The notes under the pieces are model-generated. The model did not search any database and was not told the origin of the DNA. It saw only the letters and a program-made list of their open reading frames with translations. This document shows, one piece after another, positions 20,423 to 29,271 of a DNA stretch of 64,000 bases (position 1 is the stretch's first letter; each line of letters starts with the position of its first letter). This DNA is from Blastocatellia bacterium. GTDB lineage: Bacteria > Acidobacteriota > Blastocatellia > RBC074. A program made the translations under genes and the position numbers. Where the stretch lies: NCBI GenBank assembly GCA_016789725.1, contig JAEUQN010000012.1, positions 1,448 through 65,447 on the forward strand, in the 5' to 3' direction.

Positions 20423-20580
20423 AAATCAAAAGGCAAAAGGCAAAAAGCAAAAGGTTGGCACTTTATTTTTCTCTTTGTTTTCCTGTGGTAACAACGATGG
20501 CTTTTAGAAATCCTAAAAATTATGGCTTGGGTTCCGAACAGACGTTTGCCCTTTGCCTTTTGCCTGTTGCCTTTTGATTT
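20423..20580. repeat. Heptamer (AGGCAAA)n / (TTTGCCT)n inverted-repeat element between tssF and tssG
   Basis: AAATCAAA AGGCAAA AGGCAAA AAGCAAA AGG (20423-20454) and TTTGCCC TTTGCCT TTTGCCT GTTGCCT TTTGATTT (20545-20580) flank an AT-rich ~90-nt loop. Confidence 0.88.
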
Positions 20581-20590
20581 TCCCAGTTTT

Positions 20591-21625
20591 ATGTCTGAGT
20601 CCACTACAACTCAAAAACCGACTACTCTCGAAGACGTGCTCTTCGCAGAACCCTATCGGTTTGATTTCTTTCAGGCGGTGCGCTTATTGGAGCGCGTGTA
20701 CGCTCTGCGCCGTCCGGTCGGACACGCCGCCGAACCTGCCCGCGAAGCCGTTCGCTTTCGCACGATGACGGGCTTGAATTTCCCGGCGAGTCAAATTTAC
20801 GCTCTGCAACGCGAGAGCGATGACCCCGACCACCCCGCGCCGCCACAGATGACCGTGGCCTTTATGGGGTTGACCGGGCCGTCGGGCGTGATGCCCCATG
20901 CTTACACCGAGTTGTTGATGGAACGGTTGCGCAACAAAGACCGGGCGATGATTGAGTTTTTGGATCAATTCAATCATCGCGTGCTGTCGCTGTTTTTTCG
21001 GGCGTGGGAAAAGTATCGCTTCCCGATTGGGGTCGAACGCGGACTGGATGATCGCTTCACCGAATTCCTCTTTGACATCGTTGGTTTAGGCACACGCGGC
21101 TTGCGCCATCGCTTCAGCTTTGCCGATGAAGGATTATTGAGTTACGGCGGGTTGATTGCGAACCAACCACATTCGGCAAGCGCGATGACAGGCATCCTGA
21201 GCGATTATTTCGGCGTCTCTGCGGAGATCGAACAATTCAAAGGGCAATGGCTCAAACTTGACCCCGAAAGCCTGTCCACGCTTGGTCGTGCGAATCATCA
21301 ATTAGGCGTCAGCACTGTTGCGGGTGCGCGTGTGTGGGATCAGCAATCCAAGTTGCGGGTGCGCTTCGGACCGCTGAGCTTTGACAAATTCACAGCGTTT
21401 CTTCCCAACGGCACAGCTTATAAATCAGCGACCGAACTCACTCAGTTTTTTGCCGGGATGGAATTTGATTTCGACCTCCAGTTGGTGCTGCAAAAAGCTC
21501 AGGTTCCATTCTGCAAATTGTCCACGAAGTCCAAACCGGCGTTAGGTTGGACGACGTGGTTGAAAACGAAACCCTTTCGTCAAGACGACACGCAAGTCGT
21601 TTTGCGCGCTGGTCACTCGGCGTAA
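20591..21625 (+). CDS. tssG: T6SS baseplate subunit TssG
   Basis: PYRFDFFQAVRLLE, FMGLTGPSGVMP..YTE, FLDQFNHR..SLFFRAW.KYR, LGWTTWL. ATG 20591; the upstream extension in the ORF track translates the repeat arm. Confidence 0.96.
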   Translation: MSESTTTQKPTTLEDVLFAEPYRFDFFQAVRLLERVYALRRPVGHAAEPAREAVRFRTMTGLNFPASQIYALQRESDDPDHPAPPQMTVAFMGLTGPSGVMPHAYTELLMERLRNKDRAMIEFLDQFNHRVLSLFFRAWEKYRFPIGVERGLDDRFTEFLFDIVGLGTRGLRHRFSFADEGLLSYGGLIANQPHSASAMTGILSDYFGVSAEIEQFKGQWLKLDPESLSTLGRANHQLGVSTVAGARVWDQQSKLRVRFGPLSFDKFTAFLPNGTAYKSATELTQFFAGMEFDFDLQLVLQKAQVPFCKLSTKSKPALGWTTWLKTKPFRQDDTQVVLRAGHSA

Positions 21626-21704
21626 AGAACCGACATGTTTTGCGAAGCAATGCTCGTTCAAGATGACCAGTGAAAATTCGCAAATTTCAGAGGAGAAAAA
21701 GCGT

Positions 21705-22697
21705 ATGTTCAGAAAAACAACAGCATTCATCATCGCCGCAATTTTATTGGCTGGCATCAGTCTTACCACCAGCGCACAACAAAAGAAACGCATCGCCATT
21801 TTGGATTTTGATTATGCCACCGTGTACAGCGATGTTGGCTACATCTTCGGCTCCAACGTAGACGTGGGCAAAGGCATCGCCGATTTGCTGGTGACCAAAT
21901 TGGTACAGGGCGGGCAATACAGTGTCATCGAACGCAAACAGCTCGACAAAATCATTGCCGAACAAAATCTCGGTGCGAGCGGGCGCGTAGATGAAGCGAC
22001 CGCCGCCCGCATTGGAAAAATCCTTGGCGTAGATGCGTTGATTATGGGCAGCATTCACACGTTTGGCCGCGACGATAAAAATCGTGGTGGTGGCGGCGGT
22101 GTGAACGTTCCTGTTCCCGTCTTTGGTGGTGTTCGGGTTGGTTCCAAAAAAGCCAAGGCCATCGTCGGCATCAACTTTCGCCTGGTAGCGACTGACACTG
22201 CTGAAATCTTTTCTGCCGGAGACGCGCGCGGCGAATCCAAACGCGAAGGCGCAAGCATTCAAGCTTCCGGCGGTGTCAAAGGTGTCTACACTGACGGCGC
22301 ACTCGGTATGAATTCCACCAACTTTGCCGAAACGATCATTGGCGAAGCTGTCTACGATTGCGTCAATAAACTGGCGGCACAGTTGGAAGAGAAGGCCAAC
22401 AATCTGCCTGCTCGCACGGCGGCAGCCGTGAAGACCGAAGGCGTAATTGCCGATGTGGCTGGTTCGACCGTCATCATCAACATTGGTCGCAATGCAGGTT
22501 TGAAGAAAGGCGACCGCCTGGAAGTGAAACGCGTTGCCCGCGAAGTTAAAGACCCGGACACCGGCAAAGTCATTCGCGTGGTGGCGGAGACCATCGGCGA
22601 AGTCGTCTTGACGGACGTGGATGATGCGAGTGCGGAAGGGAAGTTCACCGGGAGTGGTCCCGCGAAGATCAAGGATAAGGTGATGCCAATTCAATAA
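21705..22697 (+). CDS. CsgG/HfaB-family exported protein with FlgT-C-like C-terminal domain
   Basis: Sec signal without lipobox Cys; KKRIAILDF, YSVIERKQLDKIIAEQNL, IGKILGVDALIMGSI, two Gly-rich hairpin-like insertions; C-terminal VIINIGRNAGLKKGDRLEV...VKDPDTGKVI. Confidence 0.82.
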   Translation: MFRKTTAFIIAAILLAGISLTTSAQQKKRIAILDFDYATVYSDVGYIFGSNVDVGKGIADLLVTKLVQGGQYSVIERKQLDKIIAEQNLGASGRVDEATAARIGKILGVDALIMGSIHTFGRDDKNRGGGGGVNVPVPVFGGVRVGSKKAKAIVGINFRLVATDTAEIFSAGDARGESKREGASIQASGGVKGVYTDGALGMNSTNFAETIIGEAVYDCVNKLAAQLEEKANNLPARTAAAVKTEGVIADVAGSTVIINIGRNAGLKKGDRLEVKRVAREVKDPDTGKVIRVVAETIGEVVLTDVDDASAEGKFTGSGPAKIKDKVMPIQ

Positions 22698-22805
22698 AAT
22701 ATCGTCTGTAACACTTTTCGCCAGGAAATATCGCTTTTGAGATTAGATGCCAAATCGTATTTGGTAAGTTCGGCAACTTAACTCATTCTGGAAAGGAATT
22801 ACTCT

Positions 22806-23588
22806 ATGGCGACATTAATCCTCGCGGGTTCCGTCGGCACGGGCGGGCCGCAAAATGGAAAACCACATAACGATCCGGCAGATGTGGCAAAGGTGCGAGC
22901 ACGTCTCACCGAACTTGGCTTTCAATGGGTGAGCGGAATTACGACGGGAACCGATAAAGAATTCATTCGCACCATTAAATTGTTTCAGTCCATTTACAAA
23001 GGGAAAGGGCAGGCGGACGAAGGCGACGGACGCATTGACCTTCACGGTACAACACATCGTTGGTTGGCAGCGCAAAACGCTCCCGGCTGGGTAAAGGTGG
23101 GCAGTGAAGGGTATGGCTGGAAATTTACGACCCCCTTAGCCCACGGCGATGACAATGGCGGATACACCACGACGTGGATGGCCGACCGCATTCGCTGGGC
23201 CGCCTTTGAATACGCAACGACGGCATTCTTTTCAGTCGAAAATGCTCCGCCGCTCTGGATTCGGGATTGTTCACCCGATAAGGGCGGCAATGCCATCGGC
23301 CACAAAAGCCACGAAACGGGTTTGGACGTAGATATGCGATTGCCATTGCTGCCGCCGTATACCGACAAATGGGATCGGTTAGAAGGGAAAGAGTACAGCG
23401 TGAAATTCCATTACGATGCGGCGCTCGCACAACTCAAAGCGATTCGCTCGATGATGGAACCGAAACTGGTTCTCTTCAATGATCCCCGGTGCATCAAACA
23501 GGGATTATGTACGCACGAAGCCAACCACGGCAATCACTATCACATTCGCATCAAACCGCCGACCCGCGTGGAAGGAATTTATAAGTGA
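22806..23588 (+). CDS. MepA-like (LAS) murein endopeptidase with N-terminal PG-binding-like domain
   Basis: GHKSHETGLDVD (E. coli MepA has GHASHQTGLDVD) and HGNHYHIR; N-terminal SVG...NDPADVAKVRARL...IKLFQ...DGRID. No signal peptide. Confidence 0.8.
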   Translation: MATLILAGSVGTGGPQNGKPHNDPADVAKVRARLTELGFQWVSGITTGTDKEFIRTIKLFQSIYKGKGQADEGDGRIDLHGTTHRWLAAQNAPGWVKVGSEGYGWKFTTPLAHGDDNGGYTTTWMADRIRWAAFEYATTAFFSVENAPPLWIRDCSPDKGGNAIGHKSHETGLDVDMRLPLLPPYTDKWDRLEGKEYSVKFHYDAALAQLKAIRSMMEPKLVLFNDPRCIKQGLCTHEANHGNHYHIRIKPPTRVEGIYK

Positions 23589-23608
23589 CTCCCTTGATGG
23601 AGGTCGTT

Positions 23609-24922
23609 ATGAGCGCACTAAAGGGACAGAAATATATGCGACAAAAAAATCGCTTTACGGGGCTTTTCTTTCAGGTGTTGGTGGTCGTTGCGGTGATTGG
23701 TGGCAGTGTCAAGGCGCAACCAAGTAGCCGTGACAACCCGCTTCCGCTCCTGCAAAACGAATTGAAAGGCAATATCGCACCGAACGTGCCGATCAATCGC
23801 TTCTATGCGTTTGAAGCGGGGCCGGGCGATGTGTCATTTTCGCTCGAAGTCAAAACCAATGAGCAATGGGCCAACATCGGTGTTGAGATGTTGGATAGGG
23901 ATGGACAAGCTCTCATCAAATTTGATGCGTCATCGAGCGGTGACAAGAAAGACGCCAAGCTGCGATTGGAACAACGACAAGTCGTGACGATGCGTGTTTT
24001 TGGCCCGCGCAATAATCAAAGCGGTTTCTTCACCCTCAAGCTCAAAGGGCCAGTGTTTTTCAATAAAACGCTGGCCTCAAATACCACTCCACCAAAACTT
24101 AACGAACCGGCTCTCCCCAGCAACAATGCACTGCCGGTCGAAAAGAAACCAGACGCGACAACCCCGACAACCGCGCGCAGCGATGGCAACGCCACTGTCA
24201 CAACGAATCCAAATGTCACCTCAAGCGGAGTCAACGAAATCAGTACGAATGAGCGCGTAGCCTTAGTCATCGGCAATAGCAATTATCAGGTTGGTCCGCT
24301 GGCAAATCCGGCGAACGATGCCAAGGCGATGGCGCAATCGTTGCGCGATTCAGGCTTTGACGTGATGCAGTATACGAATCTGAACAAACGCGATTTTGAA
24401 GAAAGTCTGCGCGCGTTCGGCAGCAAGGTTCCGCGCGGCGGCGTGGCGTTGTTTTACTTTGCTGGTCATGGCGTTCAGGTCAAAGGCGTGAATTTTCTGT
24501 TGCCGGTTGGCGCGCGCATTGAAAAGGAAGGCGACATCGAATTTGAAGCTGTAGACGCCGGGCGGATTATGAACGAACTGGAGTCAGCCGGATCGCGCCT
24601 GAACATCGTGATTCTGGATGCCTGTCGCAATAATCCGTTTGCTCAACGCGTGCGTTCATTGCAACGCGGACTGGCGGTCATCAGTGCGCCGAGCGGAACG
24701 GTCGTGGCCTATGCGACCGGCCCCGGCGAAGTGGCGAGCGATGGCGATGGCAACAATGGTTTGTATACGCAGGAATTGCTGCGAAATATGCGCGAACCAA
24801 ATTTGAGAATTGAAGATGTGCTCAAACGCACGCGCATTTCGGTCAAGGAAAAAACCAACGGCCAACAAGTGCCGTGGGAAAACACATCGCTGGATGGCGA
24901 TTTTTATTTTCGGAAACAGTAA
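23609..24922 (+). CDS. Exported caspase-family (peptidase C14) protein
   Basis: Signal peptide, beta-sandwich-like N-domain, Pro/Thr linker, RVALVIGNSNY...LANPANDA, FYFAGHG, VILDACR, NGLYTQELL, QQVPW; GGAGG RBS before ATG 23609. Confidence 0.9.
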   Translation: MSALKGQKYMRQKNRFTGLFFQVLVVVAVIGGSVKAQPSSRDNPLPLLQNELKGNIAPNVPINRFYAFEAGPGDVSFSLEVKTNEQWANIGVEMLDRDGQALIKFDASSSGDKKDAKLRLEQRQVVTMRVFGPRNNQSGFFTLKLKGPVFFNKTLASNTTPPKLNEPALPSNNALPVEKKPDATTPTTARSDGNATVTTNPNVTSSGVNEISTNERVALVIGNSNYQVGPLANPANDAKAMAQSLRDSGFDVMQYTNLNKRDFEESLRAFGSKVPRGGVALFYFAGHGVQVKGVNFLLPVGARIEKEGDIEFEAVDAGRIMNELESAGSRLNIVILDACRNNPFAQRVRSLQRGLAVISAPSGTVVAYATGPGEVASDGDGNNGLYTQELLRNMREPNLRIEDVLKRTRISVKEKTNGQQVPWENTSLDGDFYFRKQ

Positions 24923-24934
24923 GTCAAATAACCA

Positions 24935-25073
24935 ACCACTGGGAACACCGGGACACAGGGAAGAAAAATAGGAATAATGAGATGAATTTTGAAAGCGCGA
25001 GTGAGGTTGGCTTATCAAGCAAGACGCGATTATCCCTGTAATTTCTCCCCGTGTCCCCCGTGTTCCCAGTGGT
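24935..25073. repeat. 8-9-mer-period inverted-repeat element upstream of clpV
   Basis: ACCACTGGGAACACCGGGACACAGGGAAGAAA ... TTTCTCCCCGTGTCCCCCGTGTTCCCAGTGGT. Confidence 0.82.
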
Positions 25074-25117
25074 AAATTGAAAAATCATGCCCCTCAAATT
25101 AACCCGGAGAGAATCTG

Positions 25118-27787
25118 ATGAACGTCAATTTGAAATCACTCGTTGCTCGTTTGAATGAACCCTGTCAAAGCGCATTGCAAGGGGCAGCAGGGCTATGTCT
25201 GTCCCGCACCAACTACGACATCGAACTTGAGCATTTGTTCGTGAAGTTGTTGGAAGCGTCAGACACTGACCTGACGAAAATCCTGCGCCAATACGAATTG
25301 AATCCGTCGCGCCTGTCCAAAGACATCACGGTGGCAATGGAAAAGTTAAAGACCGGCAACACGCGGACGCCCGGTATTGCGCGCGAAATCAGCGATTTGA
25401 TTCAGAACGCGTGGTTATTGGCTTCGGTGGAATTTGGTGAAGCAAAAGTTCGCTCCGGGCATTTGTTGCTGGCGCTGCTGACGAATGAAACGCTGGCGCG
25501 GTTGGCGCGCGAAATCTCCAAGGATTTCACGAAGATCAATGTGGATGAGTTGAAAGAAAACTTTGCCGCCTTGACCAATGGCTCTGGCGAAGCGCGCTCC
25601 GCTGAAGGCTTCTCCTCGCAACCGATGGGCGAGGGCGGTGGCGATGCAACTGCGCCCGGCATCGCTGCGGCAGGCAAAACCAAAGCCCTTGATCAGTTCA
25701 CCGTTGACCTGACCGCGCGCGCCAAAGCGGGCAAAATTGATCCTGTGCTGGGCCGTGATTTTGAAGTGCGCCAAGTCGTAGACATCCTGACGCGCCGTCG
25801 TCAAAACAATCCGATTCTGACGGGCGAAGCGGGCGTTGGTAAAACGGCTGTCGTCGAAGGTTTCGCGCTGCGCATCGCACAAGGCGATGTGCCGGAGCCG
25901 CTTCGCAATGTGGCGGTGCGAACATTAGATTTGGGCTTGCTGCAAGCGGGCGCGGGCGTCAAAGGCGAATTTGAAAACCGCTTGAAGACCGTGATTGAAG
26001 AGGTCAAATCCTCACCCCAACCCATCATCATTTTCATTGATGAAGCGCACACGATGATTGGCGCGGGCGGACAGGCCGGACAAAACGACGCGGCGAACTT
26101 GCTCAAGCCTGCACTCGCGCGCGGCGAACTACGCACGATTGCGGCGACGACCTGGGCGGAGTACAAAAAATACTTTGAAAAAGACCCTGCGCTCGCACGT
26201 CGTTTTCAGGTCGTCAAAGTCGAAGAGCCTGACGAAGAAAAAGGCATCATCATGATGCGTGGCATTGTTGGCGCGCTCGAAAATCACCATAAAGTACGCA
26301 TCCTGGACGAAGCGGTCGAAGATTCTGTGCGCTTTTCCAGTCGTTATATTTCCGGTCGCCAATTGCCCGACAAATCCGTCAGCGTTCTTGACACCGCTTG
26401 CGCGAAAGTAGCGATTGGGCAAGGCGCAACGCCCGCCGCGATTGAAGACGCAACGCGGCACATTACAAACCTGACGACCGAAATCAACGTCCTCGAACGC
26501 GAGACGATTACCGGTGCGAAACACGAGGAACGCATCGCCGAACTGAAAGCCGAACGCGCTACGACCGAAGAAACGCTCGCCAAGCTGACGTCGCAATGGG
26601 ACAAGGAAAAAGAATTGATCGGAAAGATTCGGGAATTGCGCGAAAAGCTCGAGGCTATGGCAAAAGAGGGGGCGAAAGAGGGCGCGACCGACGGCGCGGC
26701 AGAATTGCGCACAGAGCTGGCGAATCTCAATGGCGAACTCTCCAGCGTGCAGGGCGAGACACCGTTGATGCAACCTGTCGTCACTTCTCAAACCATCGCC
26801 GAAGTCATCTCCGGTTGGACGGGCATTCCGGTTGGCAAAATGGTGTCCGACGAAATCCAGGCGATTCTGCATTTGTCGGATACGCTGAAGCAACGGGTCA
26901 TCGGGCAGGATCACGCACTGGCGACGATTGCCGAACGCATCAAGACTTCGCGCGCCGGTTTGACCGATCCGAAGCGTCCGATTGGCGTGTTCATTTTGGT
27001 TGGCACCAGCGGTGTCGGTAAAACGGAAACCGCGCTGGCTTTGGCCGAAACGCTATACGGAGGTGAACGCAATCTCGTCTCAATTAACATGAGCGAGTAT
27101 CAGGAAGCGCATACGGTTTCGTCGCTGAAAGGCTCGCCGCCCGGTTACGTTGGTTACGGCGAAGGCGGCGTGTTGACTGAAGCAGTGCGGCGCAAACCGT
27201 ATTCAGTCGTGCTCCTGGATGAAGTCGAAAAGGCGCATCCCGATGTGATGGAATTGTTCTATCAGGTCTTTGACAAAGGCACGCTCGAAGACGGCGAAGG
27301 CCGCGACATTGATTTCAAGAACACGGTGATTTTGCTGACATCAAACATCGCAACCGACACGATTATGAAGCTCTGCGCCGATCCCGATACGAAGCCGGAG
27401 CCGGAAGGTTTGATCGAAGCGATTCGGCCCGAACTCGTCAAAGCCTTCAAACCTGCGTTGCTCGGTCGTATGACGGTCGTGCCGTACTATCCCATTTCGG
27501 ACGACATCCTGCGCCTCATCATCAGGCTTCAACTCAAGAAGATCGGTCAGCGCATTGCGGAAAATCATGGCGCTTCGTTCACCTATGACGATGCGGTGAT
27601 TGACGCTGTTGCCAAGCGTTGTACGGATGTGGACAGCGGCGCGCGCAATGTTCACAACATTCTGAACGGCACGTTGTTGCCTGCGATGTCCGGCGAATTC
27701 CTGTCGAAGATGGCGGCGGGCGAACCGGTCAGCAAGGTTCACATCAGCTTGAGTGATGATGGGCAATTCCAGTATGCGATCAGTTAA
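25118..27787 (+). CDS. clpV: T6SS AAA+ ATPase ClpV (TssH)
   Basis: ILTRRRQNNPILTGEAGVGKT, LQAGAGVKGEFENRLK, GRQLPDKSV, GTSGVGKTETA, LKGSPPGYVGYGEGGVLTEAVRRKPY. Confidence 0.98.
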   Translation: MNVNLKSLVARLNEPCQSALQGAAGLCLSRTNYDIELEHLFVKLLEASDTDLTKILRQYELNPSRLSKDITVAMEKLKTGNTRTPGIAREISDLIQNAWLLASVEFGEAKVRSGHLLLALLTNETLARLAREISKDFTKINVDELKENFAALTNGSGEARSAEGFSSQPMGEGGGDATAPGIAAAGKTKALDQFTVDLTARAKAGKIDPVLGRDFEVRQVVDILTRRRQNNPILTGEAGVGKTAVVEGFALRIAQGDVPEPLRNVAVRTLDLGLLQAGAGVKGEFENRLKTVIEEVKSSPQPIIIFIDEAHTMIGAGGQAGQNDAANLLKPALARGELRTIAATTWAEYKKYFEKDPALARRFQVVKVEEPDEEKGIIMMRGIVGALENHHKVRILDEAVEDSVRFSSRYISGRQLPDKSVSVLDTACAKVAIGQGATPAAIEDATRHITNLTTEINVLERETITGAKHEERIAELKAERATTEETLAKLTSQWDKEKELIGKIRELREKLEAMAKEGAKEGATDGAAELRTELANLNGELSSVQGETPLMQPVVTSQTIAEVISGWTGIPVGKMVSDEIQAILHLSDTLKQRVIGQDHALATIAERIKTSRAGLTDPKRPIGVFILVGTSGVGKTETALALAETLYGGERNLVSINMSEYQEAHTVSSLKGSPPGYVGYGEGGVLTEAVRRKPYSVVLLDEVEKAHPDVMELFYQVFDKGTLEDGEGRDIDFKNTVILLTSNIATDTIMKLCADPDTKPEPEGLIEAIRPELVKAFKPALLGRMTVVPYYPISDDILRLIIRLQLKKIGQRIAENHGASFTYDDAVIDAVAKRCTDVDSGARNVHNILNGTLLPAMSGEFLSKMAAGEPVSKVHISLSDDGQFQYAIS

Positions 27788-27813
27788 GGCTATCGCGCTA
27801 AGTCGTTGGCAAC

Positions 27814-27868
27814 GGGCAGTGCATCGCGGGAAAGATGCACTGCTCAATGTCACTGCTCAATGTCACTG
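27814..27868. repeat. Hairpin plus 13-nt direct repeat after clpV (possible terminator)
   Basis: GGGCAGTGCATC-gcgggaaa-GATGCACTGCTC hairpin; CACTGCTCAATGT x2 (27838-27863) followed by CACTG. Confidence 0.65.
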
Positions 27869-27917
27869 ATTGACGCATTACTTTCGCTTATTTAGCAGGA
27901 GAGCAGGGAGGAAACAT

Positions 27918-28295
27918 ATGAGTGAAATTCGGTGCGGTATCATTCACAACGACATTGAAGAAGCGATTCGTCACGCGCGGCAAAGTTTAGCCTGCGTAGA
28001 TTCGGAACCGTATTGGGCGATGCGTGCCAATCGCAATGCGAATTTCGGCAATGTAATTGGCTATCAAACGGTGGACAAGTTGAAACGATGGCGGCTGGAT
28101 TACGACGAAAAAGGGGCGCACGTGAATGAAGAGGATTTTACGTGTGCGCCAGCGCGAAAAGTCCGACACGAGGTTCATCCGTTCATTTCCAAAGACCTGA
28201 TGGTCACGCTCTTTTGGCAAAAGTGGACGCGCCGCTACGATAAGCCCGCTGAGTTGTTGGAGCGCGAAGAAATACTGCGCAAGCAACGGCAATAA
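27918..28295 (+). CDS. Small hypothetical protein with a toxin-like RWRLDYDEKGAHVN motif
   Basis: GGAGG RBS before ATG 27918; 125 aa, no signal peptide; lies between clpV and the GH19 gene. Confidence 0.7.
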   Translation: MSEIRCGIIHNDIEEAIRHARQSLACVDSEPYWAMRANRNANFGNVIGYQTVDKLKRWRLDYDEKGAHVNEEDFTCAPARKVRHEVHPFISKDLMVTLFWQKWTRRYDKPAELLEREEILRKQRQ

Positions 28296-28317
28296 GCAAA
28301 GGAAAAGGAGTCTTCCA

Positions 28318-29109
28318 ATGGGCGGACGAATTCCTGGCCCGCTGTGTCAGGTGCGAAATTGGTATGACATTGATGACGGCACGATGGTGCGGCAGATGTC
28401 GCCTTTGCCTGGCTCGCTGGACTTCATTGGCAAACAACCAAATGCGCAGAATAACGACGAGCCACTGGTGCTGACGGGCGAAATCCTTTTGAAAATTGTC
28501 CCCAAAGTTGGCGTGCAGGCAGATGTGGTTGCCAGTAGCTTAAATCAAGCGATCAAGGAAGCGAACGTTACGACGCGCACGGGACAGGCGATGTTTATTG
28601 CGCAACTCGCACACGAAAGCGCTGGTTTTACACGGCTCGAAGAAATGGGTGGCAAGGTTAAATACACCTTTACGAAATATCAGGAGAAAGAGGCGGACGA
28701 CAAGGAGTACGACTATTTCTTTTTTATGTACGATAAAGACAGCCCCAGTCCCCGCCGCCAAAAAGTCGCGCTGCGTTTGGGCAACGACAAAGCGGGCGAC
28801 GGCGCGTTGTACAAAGGACGCGGCTACATTCAGCTAACCGGGCGCAGCAATTATCGGCAGGCGGGCGCGGCCTTGGGATTGGAGTTGGAGCGAAATCCGG
28901 GAGAAGCGGCGACGCCGTCCGTCGCCGCGCGCATTGCCGGATGGTTTTGGCGGACCCGCAAGCTGAATACGTACGCCAACGTGGATAATGCCGAGAACTT
29001 CAAGCAAGTCACACTGCGCATTAACGGCGGTTATCGCGGCTTGGAAGATCGGCAGAAATATTATCAGCAGGCAAAGTTCGTGTTGATGGTGGGGGCAACG
29101 AATGAGTGA
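28318..29109 (+). CDS. Glycoside hydrolase family 19 (lysozyme/chitinase-like) protein, putative T6SS effector
   Basis: AMFIAQLAHESAGFTRLEE, LGN...GDG..YKGRGYIQLTGRSNY, AGWFW, VTLRINGG..GLEDR. No signal peptide. Confidence 0.92.
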   Translation: MGGRIPGPLCQVRNWYDIDDGTMVRQMSPLPGSLDFIGKQPNAQNNDEPLVLTGEILLKIVPKVGVQADVVASSLNQAIKEANVTTRTGQAMFIAQLAHESAGFTRLEEMGGKVKYTFTKYQEKEADDKEYDYFFFMYDKDSPSPRRQKVALRLGNDKAGDGALYKGRGYIQLTGRSNYRQAGAALGLELERNPGEAATPSVAARIAGWFWRTRKLNTYANVDNAENFKQVTLRINGGYRGLEDRQKYYQQAKFVLMVGATNE

Positions 29110-29115
29110 TCGAAT

Positions 29116-29227
29116 GAACCACGAAGTACACAAAGACCACGGAGAGAAAAGGCAAAAATTGGGCAATATGGATTATGCGGTTCTTTCTACCAATAAGCCT
29201 TCGTGAACTTGGTGTTCTTCGTGGCTC
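29116..29227. repeat. Nonamer-period inverted-repeat element upstream of vgrG
   Basis: GAACCACGAAGTACACAAAGACCACGGAG ... CTTCGTGAACTTGGTGTTCTTCGTGGCTC. Confidence 0.78.
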
Positions 29228-29271
29228 AATCATAAACGACTCCTAAATGGACGAGTTGAAAGAGGACGACC

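Noticed and set aside
20383-20590. 64-aa ORF (20383-20577) and N-terminal extension of TssG (LPFAFCLLPF)
   Set aside because: These are translations of the AGGCAAA/TTTGCCT repeat arms; TssG similarity begins after ATG 20591.
21744-22694. 316-aa antisense ORF over the CsgG-like gene
   Set aside because: Codon-aligned shadow of a well-supported gene, with no recognisable motifs or RBS.
27838-27876. Possible CRISPR-like repeats
   Set aside because: Only two adjacent 13-nt units, with no spacers and no cas genes.
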